Positions 26,799-37,559 of a stretch of DNA of 64,000 bases are shown one piece after another (within the stretch, counting starts at the first letter, position 1; each line of letters starts with the position of its first letter). The translations under genes and the position numbers were made by a program. A model generated the notes under the pieces. The model was not told where the DNA came from, ran no database searches, and saw nothing but the letters and a program-made list of their open reading frames with translations. The DNA is from Dimorphilus gyrociliatus (Eukaryota; Animalia; Annelida): assembly GCA_904063045.1 (NCBI GenBank), contig CAJFCJ010000005.1, forward strand, positions 2,474,165-2,538,164. The letters run 5' to 3'.

Positions 26799-27421
26799 CA
26801 GTGATTTTTTTTTTAAAAAAAACGTTATCAATAGTCTTATTAATATTTATTAGCAAAATGAAACACTTTCCAACACCAAAAATCATTTTTAAAGAATACT
26901 TAAAATGTTCAGAACTGACTTTTACCAAGCATTCAATTTTGGATGCTCCAATTTAAAACCTCTATAGACATATTAATTAGTAACTAGGTTATATAGTATA
27001 TTTAGTAAAGAGATTAGAGAAGAGATTAGTAAACAATCAGCAATTAATTTTTAATAAACAAAAGAAGAACATTCAACAAAAAGTTTTACATTTTAACAAA
27101 ACAACCGTCCCGAGAGTCTCTTTGAATGGAATGATTTAATATTATTATAATTTAATGATTTTTTATTAAAAATATAAAAAATATTTTAATAATAATAAGT
27201 CTATTCAATAAAAATATACTATAGAAAAAAAATGTAGACCTATCGAGACTACGATCAACCTTTTTCCGTTACATTCAAAAGTAAAACTTTCCATCATTTT
27301 GTTTTCCTGGAGAGGAGAAAACTTTTAAATAATTTATAAAGGTTTTATTTTTGTTATTACTATCTCTCTCTCTCTCTCTCTCTCTCTCCTATACAATTGA
27401 AAGTGTTGAATTATAGCAGGT

Positions 27422-28728
27422 ATGCAAAAAAGAATTGTTAGTTTTTCAACCTATATACTATTGATTTTTATATTCAGTATTGCCCTATTACTAAGCAACT
27501 CTGTAATGGCAGCCACGACTAAGGGTAGCATATATAATATTATTTTATATGGATTTCTCATCTTAAGTTTGGTTTATGGTCCTCTTGTTCACGTGTTAAT
27601 TTCTATTGAAGATCATCATGAAGTTTTACAGTATAAATTCAAAAATTCAACCGAATCTAAACGGATTGTTGTTAATGAGTCAGTTGCAAAAAGTTCTCAC
27701 CCTTCTTCAATATGTATTATAACAAGATTTCATCAAGTTGGGTAAGATATTTATGAATAGAAAACGCTATTAAACCACTATAAAACTATTAAAATACCTA
27801 TTTTTTTCCTTTTCATATATATTAGACCATTTATAACGGCAGCAATTTGTTTCGGTATCATTGGAATATTAGCAGGAACGATTATATCATCAAGAAACCG
27901 TCAAAAAATTGTTCTATTAGATAAACTACGAATTCAGCTGGTTATTATCTTACAAACCCTTATTTTAGCTAATATTATCTACCTGATTGCTGTATGTATA
28001 CATTATATGTATAAATATGACTATACAACTGGTAGATATTCTCTTTGTCCAGAGAATAAGTAAGGATAGCTTATTATAATATTTAAATTAGTAAATGTAT
28101 AAGAAATTTACGTGTTTCAATAATAGAAAAAGAGGAGTGAAAAGATATTATAATATTCTTCTATTTATTGGTGCTTTTTCCGTAATTAGCTGCATCTATT
28201 TTCTAATACTTTCCATTATGGGTTTGTTTATATTTTCATTTTTATATACTGTATATTAACTGCTGGTTTGCATACGTTTATTATAGAATACCTTAAGGGA
28301 GAGAGAAATTCATTCTGTTCTCTGTCATGTCCTTTGGAGATTTGTCGAAAGAAGCCGACACCAGTTGAAACGTCTCATTCTATTCATATTTACCATTTGA
28401 GTCAATCGCATGTTTGTAATTTATTTTTCAGGGTTAACTTTAAGTTTACAATATTTAAAATAATTGTTTCTTAATAGATGCCTATACCGTCACAAACAAG
28501 GGATACCACTACTTCAACAGCTAGAAGGTTTGATAGTATTGAATAGATAATTTTATGTTTTATTTAAACAAATTTCAATATAGGGAAGACCAAAACGACG
28601 ATCCTCCACCTTATGATTCGATACCTCCAAGCTATGAATCCTGTATCAGGAATAAAGATAATTCCCAACCACTAACAGATTCTGTCAATTCTTATCTTGC
28701 TGATGAACAAAAAGAATCGTCACTCTAA
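27422..28728 (+). CDS. Four-TM PPxY protein, paralogue 3, 6 exons, with an extra N-terminal hydrophobic segment
   Basis: Spliced product has CIIT, YSLCP and DPPPYDSIPPSYE; TAA at 28726-28728. Confidence 0.8.
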
Positions 28729-28872
28729 AAGAAACTGACATTTATCTCATTTTTGAAATTATGCTATAATAAAGTTATAAATATTTCTACATTTCAATCA
28801 TCACTCTTGCGATATTCAGTGATTAACGAATGGATTAAAAGAGTTATTATTACATAATTTCTTATATAATGA

Positions 28873-28980
28873 GGTAGCGTGGCCGAGCGGTCTAAGGCGC
28901 TGGTTTAAGGTCGATAAGAGATAAGAAAGATTAATACACCAGTCTCTTCGGAGGCGTGGGTTCGAATCCCACCGCTGCCA
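28873..28980 (+). tRNA. tRNA-Leu-AAG: tRNA-Leu(AAG) with 26-nt intron (28911-28936)
   Basis: Identical to copy 1 over all 108 nt. T5 terminator at 28987-28991. Confidence 0.95.
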
Positions 28981-30482
28981 TTAATATTTTTGTATATTAC
29001 AAACAAATTTATTATGTTGAAAGTCTAAGTTTAATGACGAACAAATGAAGAAATATTTCATATTTTCAGATCATTCAACCCTACCCCTCGTTATATGTTC
29101 CCATTTTTTTATCTATTCATCAAATTGAATAGTGCTGGTTTAAATTACTATTCAGAATTTTCTATATTTCAATTGCTCAACACAATAGAGATAATATGAA
29201 ATGAATTATCTGTTGAAATTCGATTGGCAATTAAGGATATGTTTTAAATTTTCATTCCTATTTAATCCAAAAGTTATGTTTGGCAGGAAGAGACAAATAA
29301 GAGGAACCTTTTAACTGGATTATATTGAATAAAGTGAAATTTTATTGGCTTTTCATTAACAATCTATTAATTATTACTGAAGCCAAATCAATCAAACATT
29401 TAATATATACACAGTATATATATATTGTTAACGATCTTTATTCATTTAAAAAACATTGAATATCTTGAAAGAATTTCAATTATGAATAGCATTTAAGCAT
29501 TTATTTGTCTTATAAATTTATTTTACCTTCATAAAATAGCAGCTGAAAGAAGGACGTTTGTTTTTAGCAGAAAAATGTCAATTTTAATTCAATTTTTAAT
29601 GATTTTTGGCAAGCTGCAATAAACATTGAAAATATTTATAATATATTTTTAGCATTCGTTACAAACAAACACTTTCACTTATCTCAAAGTATATAGTTTT
29701 TGTTGAGGAAGTTTCGTTAAACTATTACAATATGCATTCAATTCTCCTTTCCTCTCCTATGAGAATTATTACAACTACTCTCAATGAAAAATTCTTTATT
29801 GAATGGAAGTAACCTTCAAATAAGTGGATAAATAAGTGGATTTTTATATTTCAATCATGTACAACATAATCGAAAATACTTAATAGCAATTTGACGAAAT
29901 TCAATATTTAGATATCTGCTGCAGTTATTGATATTGAAAAAAAAAGGAGATTACTGTAACAGACGCAAAGCTAAAGAAAGTTAGCTTTTTATCAAAGAAT
30001 AGATAATTTAAATATTCATAAACTATAAATAAACAAAATACAAAACTGTATACTACAATATTTTAATTCAGGTAAAATTATGTAATAATAGAAAAGATAA
30101 CAACTCTCTCTCTCTCTTTTTCTCCCACTCGCTCGCTTACTTTCTTACAAGTCTTTCCTTCTATCTTTCAAACAATAACACAAAAAAGGATGCAAAAGCA
30201 ATCTATTAATTCTCATTTAACTGTGTTAATACTCGGGAAAAAAACTTGTTTATCAAAGTAAGATACTGATCACTAAAAACTAATAAATACTTATGTGTTT
30301 GCTTTTTTTATAATAAGTTTTAAGAAAAGTACTTAGGCCTATAGTAACATGATGATAAACAATCTGTTTATATATATATATATGTATATACAGCATATAT
30401 ATTATAATTATGTATTGAAGAAATACAAGAATATAAGTAAATAACATAAACAATAAAAAAAGAAAACAAAGAAAGAATGAAT

Positions 30483-31946
30483 TTATATATCAAAATATTT
30501 ACAAACAATACAATTATTGAGTTCGTATTCGTTTGTTATAAAATAAAATTCATCTTTACTAATTCTATAACCAAATATTTTGCCGTGTTTCAATATTTTT
30601 CTATGTCTATACGAAATAGCTTTTTTCTCCTTAACAAATACAATATATACTCTCTGCTCGTCGCATAAAAGTAAATTTCCCTTTAACAGAGGACTTATAA
30701 TGTCATTTCTAACTGATATTTTACCATCATCCAATTTGACATCGATAAAATTTGTTTTACCTTTACCAATGTCTAATTCTTTAATTGTACCATTTTTAAA
30801 TAGTACAAATACTAATTCATCTTTTGCTTTAACATTGCTAATTGGCAATTTTAAATCCATGGATAATAATCGTTTAGATCGTTTCTCGTAGATCATTAAA
30901 TTTGAATATCTTGTAAAATATATATGATCTTTTGATGATAGGAAACTAGGATCGCTTAGGATTGGTGTTTCTTTAAAATCTATTTCAAATTTCTCTTGAT
31001 TAAAGCACGTATCAATCATATAAAGCTTCTTTGAATGCTTTAAATTCTCCATTAAGAAATATATATAACCATCTCTTCCAATACAAAAATCTATAATTGA
31101 TCTATCCCTATGAAATGATAAACTTGATTTTGTTTCGATATTATAGCAAGTTGGACCAGGTCCGGAATTGATTACAAATATTCCGTCGTTACAATAACGT
31201 AATAATGCTATTTGCCCATTTAATCTTATAGATCTCTCATTCGATGGTTTATCGGATGGAAGTATTATTATTGAACCAATTTCTAAACTATCTAAATTCT
31301 TCACTGTCTTTAGATAAGCATCTTTCTTAGCCGTCATCTCTTTTTCGTGTAGAAGATCTTCTTTCATTACGTCGAAATTCTCTTTTAGAATTAAGCTTAC
31401 TCTACTTCCCGATAAGGCAGGAATATTCTTTAAAAATTCAGATTCTTCTAATATCTCTTGTAGTTTGTTCTCCTTCTCGTCGAAGAAAGTTTCCAATTTA
31501 TCTCTCAAACATGCTTCCTTCTTGTCAATAATTTGCTTTAGGTTGTCAATTTCATTCTTTAATTTACCAAGTTCTTGACTCCTTTTCAACTTTGTCTTTT
31601 CAATCTCTTTCATAATATCATTATAAAAGTTTTCTGCAAAGTTATCTTCTTTCATACTTAACAGATTCGATTTATTCGATTTTCCACAATCGTCAGTTTC
31701 ATCTTCAAAATGAACTTCCGGAAATCCATCAACACCTAGTTTTGGCCATTTCGATATAGTTTTACAAATAGGACACGGAAATTCATCTCCAGATTGTAAA
31801 CGAAGAGAAATGGCAATATTTTCCAGGCATTCCGAACAGAATACGTGTGATGGATTACAAGATAGTCTTCTAGGCTCCCTTTCCACAAGAACTTCAGTAC
31901 AAATAGGACACTCAGTTATGTAATCTCCCATGTCTTTTACTTTCAT
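30483..31946 (-). CDS. RING - coiled coil - propeller-like protein, intronless
   Basis: CPIC...SCNPSHVFCSEC...CPIC; DFCIGRDGYIYFL. The first ATG is at 31946 (alternative 31931); the ORF track starts at a non-ATG codon. Confidence 0.85.
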   Translation of the reverse strand: MKVKDMGDYITECPICTEVLVEREPRRLSCNPSHVFCSECLENIAISLRLQSGDEFPCPICKTISKWPKLGVDGFPEVHFEDETDDCGKSNKSNLLSMKEDNFAENFYNDIMKEIEKTKLKRSQELGKLKNEIDNLKQIIDKKEACLRDKLETFFDEKENKLQEILEESEFLKNIPALSGSRVSLILKENFDVMKEDLLHEKEMTAKKDAYLKTVKNLDSLEIGSIIILPSDKPSNERSIRLNGQIALLRYCNDGIFVINSGPGPTCYNIETKSSLSFHRDRSIIDFCIGRDGYIYFLMENLKHSKKLYMIDTCFNQEKFEIDFKETPILSDPSFLSSKDHIYFTRYSNLMIYEKRSKRLLSMDLKLPISNVKAKDELVFVLFKNGTIKELDIGKGKTNFIDVKLDDGKISVRNDIISPLLKGNLLLCDEQRVYIVFVKEKKAISYRHRKILKHGKIFGYRISKDEFYFITNEYELNNCIVCKYFDI

Positions 31947-32205
31947 GGAAGCGTTACTTAACTTTCTAATTAATTTGAGAATTTTGACTTGTTCTAACGA
32001 CAACCAGCTAATAAAATAATTTAGCTAGGGATGGATAAAAAAGTGTTGAGAGTACATGTCAAGTAATTAATTATGCTTGAGCTCAATAAATTTTTAACAG
32101 CATAGCCGATACCTTTAGCTTTTATATAATTATAAAATATAAAAAAATTTGTACAAGTTTTCTTCTCAATAGGCCTATGAAGCTCTTTCATGTAACTCTT
32201 CTACA

Positions 32206-32208
<3 letters not shown>

Positions 32209-32239
<31 letters not shown>
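32209..32239. repeat. (AT)n microsatellite
   Basis: Direct reading of the sequence. Confidence 0.95.
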
Positions 32240-32243
<4 letters not shown>

Positions 32244-32945
32244 ATATATGGATACAGTATGTATTCATATATACATAGTAAATGAAGAATGTATCACACT
32301 TTCTCGTATGTCTAGACATCTTAATCATGTGTGTAATTTGAATTGACCTATTGAAAAAAAACTACTCAAGGTACTTAAAAGATAGATAAAAGGGAACGAG
32401 AGACAAAAAGATATTCCTGCAAAGGAACAAACTGATTTACAAACATTATTGTAAAAAAATAGAAATATAATAAGATATTACTATTGATATAAGCGTATAA
32501 CCTATAAAATTATAAGGGTATTATGACTTTTTATAAGCCTATAGTTATCGATTTTTAAATTTTCACAAAAGTAGAATTCCTTGAAAAGAGTACTAATAAT
32601 TAAGTTTTTATCCTCATCATACATTCATGTTTCTATTACAAATAAAAAGGAAAAAAAAGCACAATACATTAAACATACAGTATATAAAGTTTATTACAAA
32701 TTTATTACTTATTACCGTTGTTATCATATTCAAAACTAGGCTTATATTATATTAAAAATATTATTAAGAATTATTATAGTAATATGTAATTATTTAAAAC
32801 GTTCTTAACCTATTTTTTACTTTGTGATTTGTTTGCATAACCGTTTTATATCAGATATGTTAATTCTGAATTCTTTTGTTGGCATATTCGAGGATATTTA
32901 AACGTATTGATAAAGATATTGGAAAGATAGGAAAGTGAAGAAGTA

Positions 32946-32968
32946 TGTGTGTGTGTGTGTGTGTGTGT
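32946..32968. repeat. (TG)n microsatellite
   Basis: Direct reading of the sequence. Confidence 0.95.
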
Positions 32969-33007
32969 CATATAATAGGATATTAAATAAATAAACAATC
33001 AATCTAA

Positions 33008-34459
33008 TTATAATTTGTAATGTGCTAAAATCAACTTTTCCATTGATAAATAAGTTCTAATAGAGAAGATAATCTCAGTATTTGTTAAACTATAACTTAA
33101 GATTCTTCCATAGTTGAAAATTCTTTCGTGACGATAGAAAATTGCAGTATCCGTTTTGGGTGAAACAACATAAATACCAGTGGAATTTGATAATAATACA
33201 CTTCCTTTAACAAGCTTATTAATGATATCTAATCTAATAGAAAAGTCCTTATTGCCAGTTTCGATATCGTAGTTTCTGACTAACCCCGTACTAGTTTCTA
33301 AGCATTCAATAGTTTTGTCGTGAAACAATATATAAATATTTTCCTTCGATACCTTAAAATCGCAGATAGTTTGATTAAATTGTCTATATTTTAACGTTTT
33401 ATCCCTATCGTCATAGATCCAAAAGTTATTATTTTCTATAAAGCAGATGTTATTCTTTATCCAATCGGTTTCGATGAAATAGATTGTTATTTTATCTTGT
33501 ACGTAAAACCATTCAATCTTCTTTGATTTTGTATTGATTTTACCAATGGAGAATTCATCCGATTCACATTTGATCATGATGTAAAGATGGTCATTGTTAT
33601 CTAGTGATGCGGACGTTACCTTTGCGTTGAATTTTATTAATTTCTCTCCACTTTCTACATCGTATAATCGATCTGTATTACCTGAGGCGACTAATGCGTA
33701 ATGTTTATCGTTCGGCGATGAAAGGCTTTGGCATATAAATCCTTTGAATAATGTTGAATATTCGTATGTTGGCTGATCCGAATAAGGTGAAAGAATTCTT
33801 CCAATTTCTAATGTATCCTTACTAAATACTGGCTTAAAGAAAGCTTTTTCTCCTAGCGTCTCTTTTCTCGCCTTTAACAGTTTAGTTTTCATCTGCTTAA
33901 TCTTCCATTCTAAAACTTCATCTTCATTTTTAAATCTTTCCAATTTCGGGTATGAACTAAAAATTTCTGCTTTTTCAATTAATTGCTTTATTTTCATTTT
34001 CTTATTTGCATAAAACGTTTCCAATTCATCTTTTAATATATTACGTTCTTTTTTAATAATACTAATAATATCATTAACTTGATTCTCTAATTTATCTAGT
34101 TCTTTTACTTCGTCTTCCCTAATTGAGATTAATTCTCTTGATAATCCCTCTTTAAAATCTTTTGTAAAACAATCGTTTATTCCATCTTCTTCGTGTCTAT
34201 AATTATAACTTTCGTGTTCCTTTATCAGTTTACCGTTTCTTAGACTACCTTTAAAAGAACTAACCCCCTTTTCAGGCCATATAATACTTGTCTGACAAAT
34301 AGGACAGCAAAATTCATAGCCAACTCTTATAAACTTTGCCAAGTGATTTAAACACTGCAAACAGACTTTATGATGAGAATTACAAGGTAAAAATCTTGAA
34401 TTTTTCTCCTGTAAACAACTAGTACAAATAGGACAATTACTCTTATTATCAGCTTCCAT
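33008..34459 (-). CDS. RING - coiled coil - propeller-like protein, intronless
   Basis: CPIC...PCNSHHKVCLQC...CPIC; ELETFYANKK; RLDII...LL...ILSY C-terminal signature. Confidence 0.85.
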   Translation of the reverse strand: MEADNKSNCPICTSCLQEKNSRFLPCNSHHKVCLQCLNHLAKFIRVGYEFCCPICQTSIIWPEKGVSSFKGSLRNGKLIKEHESYNYRHEEDGINDCFTKDFKEGLSRELISIREDEVKELDKLENQVNDIISIIKKERNILKDELETFYANKKMKIKQLIEKAEIFSSYPKLERFKNEDEVLEWKIKQMKTKLLKARKETLGEKAFFKPVFSKDTLEIGRILSPYSDQPTYEYSTLFKGFICQSLSSPNDKHYALVASGNTDRLYDVESGEKLIKFNAKVTSASLDNNDHLYIMIKCESDEFSIGKINTKSKKIEWFYVQDKITIYFIETDWIKNNICFIENNNFWIYDDRDKTLKYRQFNQTICDFKVSKENIYILFHDKTIECLETSTGLVRNYDIETGNKDFSIRLDIINKLVKGSVLLSNSTGIYVVSPKTDTAIFYRHERIFNYGRILSYSLTNTEIIFSIRTYLSMEKLILAHYKL

Positions 34460-34501
34460 AAACGTTATTTCTTTATTTTTATTCTTATCCTTGTTATTTT
34501 A

Positions 34502-34548
34502 TCCTCCTCCTTCTTCTTCTTCTTCTTCTTCTTCTTCTTCTTCTTCTT
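34502..34548. repeat. (TCC)n(TTC)n trinucleotide repeat just upstream of the 34459 start codon
   Basis: Direct reading of the sequence. Confidence 0.9.
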
Positions 34549-35087
34549 TACGAAAAAGAGTGCGTTAACTCAAAGAACTCGTAGTAGCGTAAAGATTTTA
34601 AACAGAAACTCAGTATCTATCGTAAAGTGAAGAGTTTACTCGAACGAAAATACATATTTCTTAACAACGAATAGGTCGCCTATATATATATATATTAGTA
34701 TACAGTATATATATTTAAAGATTAAATTATAGGCCCAATTGGTAAAATTTGAACAGTTTTTGAACTCTTTATCGATCGGATATCGTATGACATGAAATAT
34801 GGGTTTATTATTAATTATCACACAAGTTTTTTATGCATAAAAAATGATTAAGAGGAGTAAATTTTACAAAAAAGAAAAAAGAAAAATATCATATGAATAA
34901 TTAAAAAAGAAAAAAAAACAGGCCTATGAATAAATGAAAAAAGAAAATATAATTATTGGCGTTGTTAGGTATATTGAAAAAATTCCATTCTGTGATAAAT
35001 AATAGAGGGATTATCTATAATCTCTCTCTCACTCTCTCTGTCTCTTTCTACCCTCCTCTCTTCTGTCACCTATCATTTCTCTTTTCC

Positions 35088-36677
35088 CTACATATCGTAC
35101 GTTTGAGTGTAAATTTCATTAGGATTATCTTTGTTAAAGACGACAAAGGTTATGTCGTGAGTAGTGAGTCTATAGGCCAACAGATGTCCCTTATGAAAGA
35201 TTCTATTCTGAGGAAATCTTATAAATTCCCTTTGTTTCTCTAAATAGATATAAACGTATTTATCGTCGTGCAGGAAAACTGAACCTCTTCTCAAAGGTGC
35301 AACAATATCAGTTTTAAGTGAAAATCTTCCAAATTCCGGTGTAATCTTACAGAATGTCGACGTACCAGAGGAACTATCGTACATCTTAATAACTCTATCT
35401 TGGAATAGATAAAATATTAAATTATTAATAATCTTATAATCCCATATATACTTTTTGAAAACTTGAATACCGATAATATTTTTAACCCTATCGTAAAGCA
35501 TTAATTGATTAAAGAATTTAAATGAAATTCTATCAATTAAAAAATTCTCGGTTGGTTGAGAGACAATATAATAATTGGAACAATCCAAAAGTCTACTTCT
35601 TTCGCACAGATCGTGCTCCATATAAAATATTCTCTTCTGATTGATTCTAGCTCTTTTATCGAATTGTATCGTTGGATCTGGTATAAGATCTTCGGGAGTA
35701 AATAAAATATGATAAAGGTAACCGTCTCCTCCCAAGCAAATATCGTGAATGGATAGCTCATCGTCGGATAGGTCAATTTCAATATTTTCACCCGAAATTA
35801 TATTATTCACGACTATCGAATACTCTTTCTTACTAACAACATAGATGCCTTGTACGTAAGATTTTACTATTTCGATATTTCCTCCAACAACAAATCTTTT
35901 GTCTTCGTGCGGAATTTCGGCATGAGTATAAATGATCGTTCCGAAATCTGGTCTATTTATGAAAGATGCAGGTTTAAAAATTGCTTCCGGTTTAGTTATT
36001 TGCTCTTTTAGCTCTTCCAATTCCTTCCTAGCCACTTTTAAATCTTTGGAAAAGACGTAATCTAATTGGCGTCTTTCTATCTCCTCTTCATCACATCCTC
36101 CTTCGCACGATTCCGTATAGCTAGTATCTTCAGCATCCTTTTCCGATTCCTGCTCCCTATTCTCCCTCTCCTCGTTTTTCTTCTCAATAGATTTACCCAG
36201 GAAACTGCAGCCCCTTAACAATTCTAAGATTCTATCCTCCTTAGTTTCGTAAAATTCTTCAATATAATATTGCAGTTCGTCTCGTCTACTTTTTATGCAT
36301 TCTTCAAAAAAACTCGTTGACTCATTCAACCGAGCTATTTGTTCATCTTTACTTTTTCTAGTCTTTTTTATTTCGTTTCTGAGCATTATCATAAATGTTT
36401 TATTAAATTCATCCATCTCGATTTGCTCGTTTGAAACGATTACTTTATTAGATTTAACCGCATTTGCTACAGCAAATCCTAACGCACCGTCATCCGATTT
36501 TTGGGGTTGTGCTCTACAGGTTGGACATAGTAGATTGTCGGTAGGCTTTAAATTTTTATTCGTACATAAATTTTCAATGCAAGTTGAGCAGTATGTCTTA
36601 TGAGGATTACAAGGTAATCTTGGAAGTACGCTTTTAGTTGTACATGCTGGACAAACATGGCAAGAATTTTCAGACAT
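35088..36677 (-). CDS. RING - coiled coil - propeller-like protein with an acidic insertion, intronless
   Basis: CPAC...PCNPHKTYCSTC...CPTC; IEEFYETKE; DICLGGDGYLYHI. Confidence 0.85.
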   Translation of the reverse strand: MSENSCHVCPACTTKSVLPRLPCNPHKTYCSTCIENLCTNKNLKPTDNLLCPTCRAQPQKSDDGALGFAVANAVKSNKVIVSNEQIEMDEFNKTFMIMLRNEIKKTRKSKDEQIARLNESTSFFEECIKSRRDELQYYIEEFYETKEDRILELLRGCSFLGKSIEKKNEERENREQESEKDAEDTSYTESCEGGCDEEEIERRQLDYVFSKDLKVARKELEELKEQITKPEAIFKPASFINRPDFGTIIYTHAEIPHEDKRFVVGGNIEIVKSYVQGIYVVSKKEYSIVVNNIISGENIEIDLSDDELSIHDICLGGDGYLYHILFTPEDLIPDPTIQFDKRARINQKRIFYMEHDLCERSRLLDCSNYYIVSQPTENFLIDRISFKFFNQLMLYDRVKNIIGIQVFKKYIWDYKIINNLIFYLFQDRVIKMYDSSSGTSTFCKITPEFGRFSLKTDIVAPLRRGSVFLHDDKYVYIYLEKQREFIRFPQNRIFHKGHLLAYRLTTHDITFVVFNKDNPNEIYTQTYDM

Positions 36678-37559
36678 TTTCGCTAAAGTTGGTGGTTTTT
36701 TTTCAAATATCTATTAATTAATTAATTAATCATTAATAATAATTCAATAAATGCTATTATAAACATTCAAATGATACTTTTATTCGTTTATTAAATTGAA
36801 TTTACCTTGTTAATGGGGTGAATCAGTTGATTTTTACCAAAGAGAAATGATCAGTTCTCCCGCTTGCCAGTCAGTGAAAGTTAATATAATACTGATTATA
36901 TTGTTCGTTTTTTTATTAATTTTAAAAGAGTAGTATTCAAAAACTCAGAGATGAGCTTAATAGCTCAACACGTTAGATTCCTACTAGAATGGCCTACTGT
37001 ACCTTGTATACATGCAATATATTTCATTTTCATGTACAAGAATGAGTAGTTTCATAAAACAAGTTCTTTGACTAAACAATACTGGACTGTCAACACATTT
37101 TTATCTTTTAGAAAATTTTGTTGATATTTTTTTTTTTATAAAAAAAAAATTCAAACTTTTTTATATTTTTATGAATAATACAAAACTAATTGACTAATCA
37201 TTCTTTGAAAAAGTGAAAGAGAAAATAAATCTTTATAGAATTACATTAACTCATTAATTAAATTATTAATATATCAAATATAATATTTATTTTTTTAGCT
37301 TAGTATGCACATTTATAATGAAATGTGAATGAATACATTGATTTATTATAATTAAAAATGAACCTAATTTAAATATTATAATCTTTGAATAAATCATAAT
37401 TCAATAATAATAATAAAAAAACCACTACTATATTATTGACATAGTATATACGGTTAAAAAACATATACAAGTACTTATGAATTACTATTGAATAGCGAAA
37501 CATTAAGGTTTTATTTATATTATAATAAATGATGTATCTTTTCTCTCCTCCCTTCTTCC

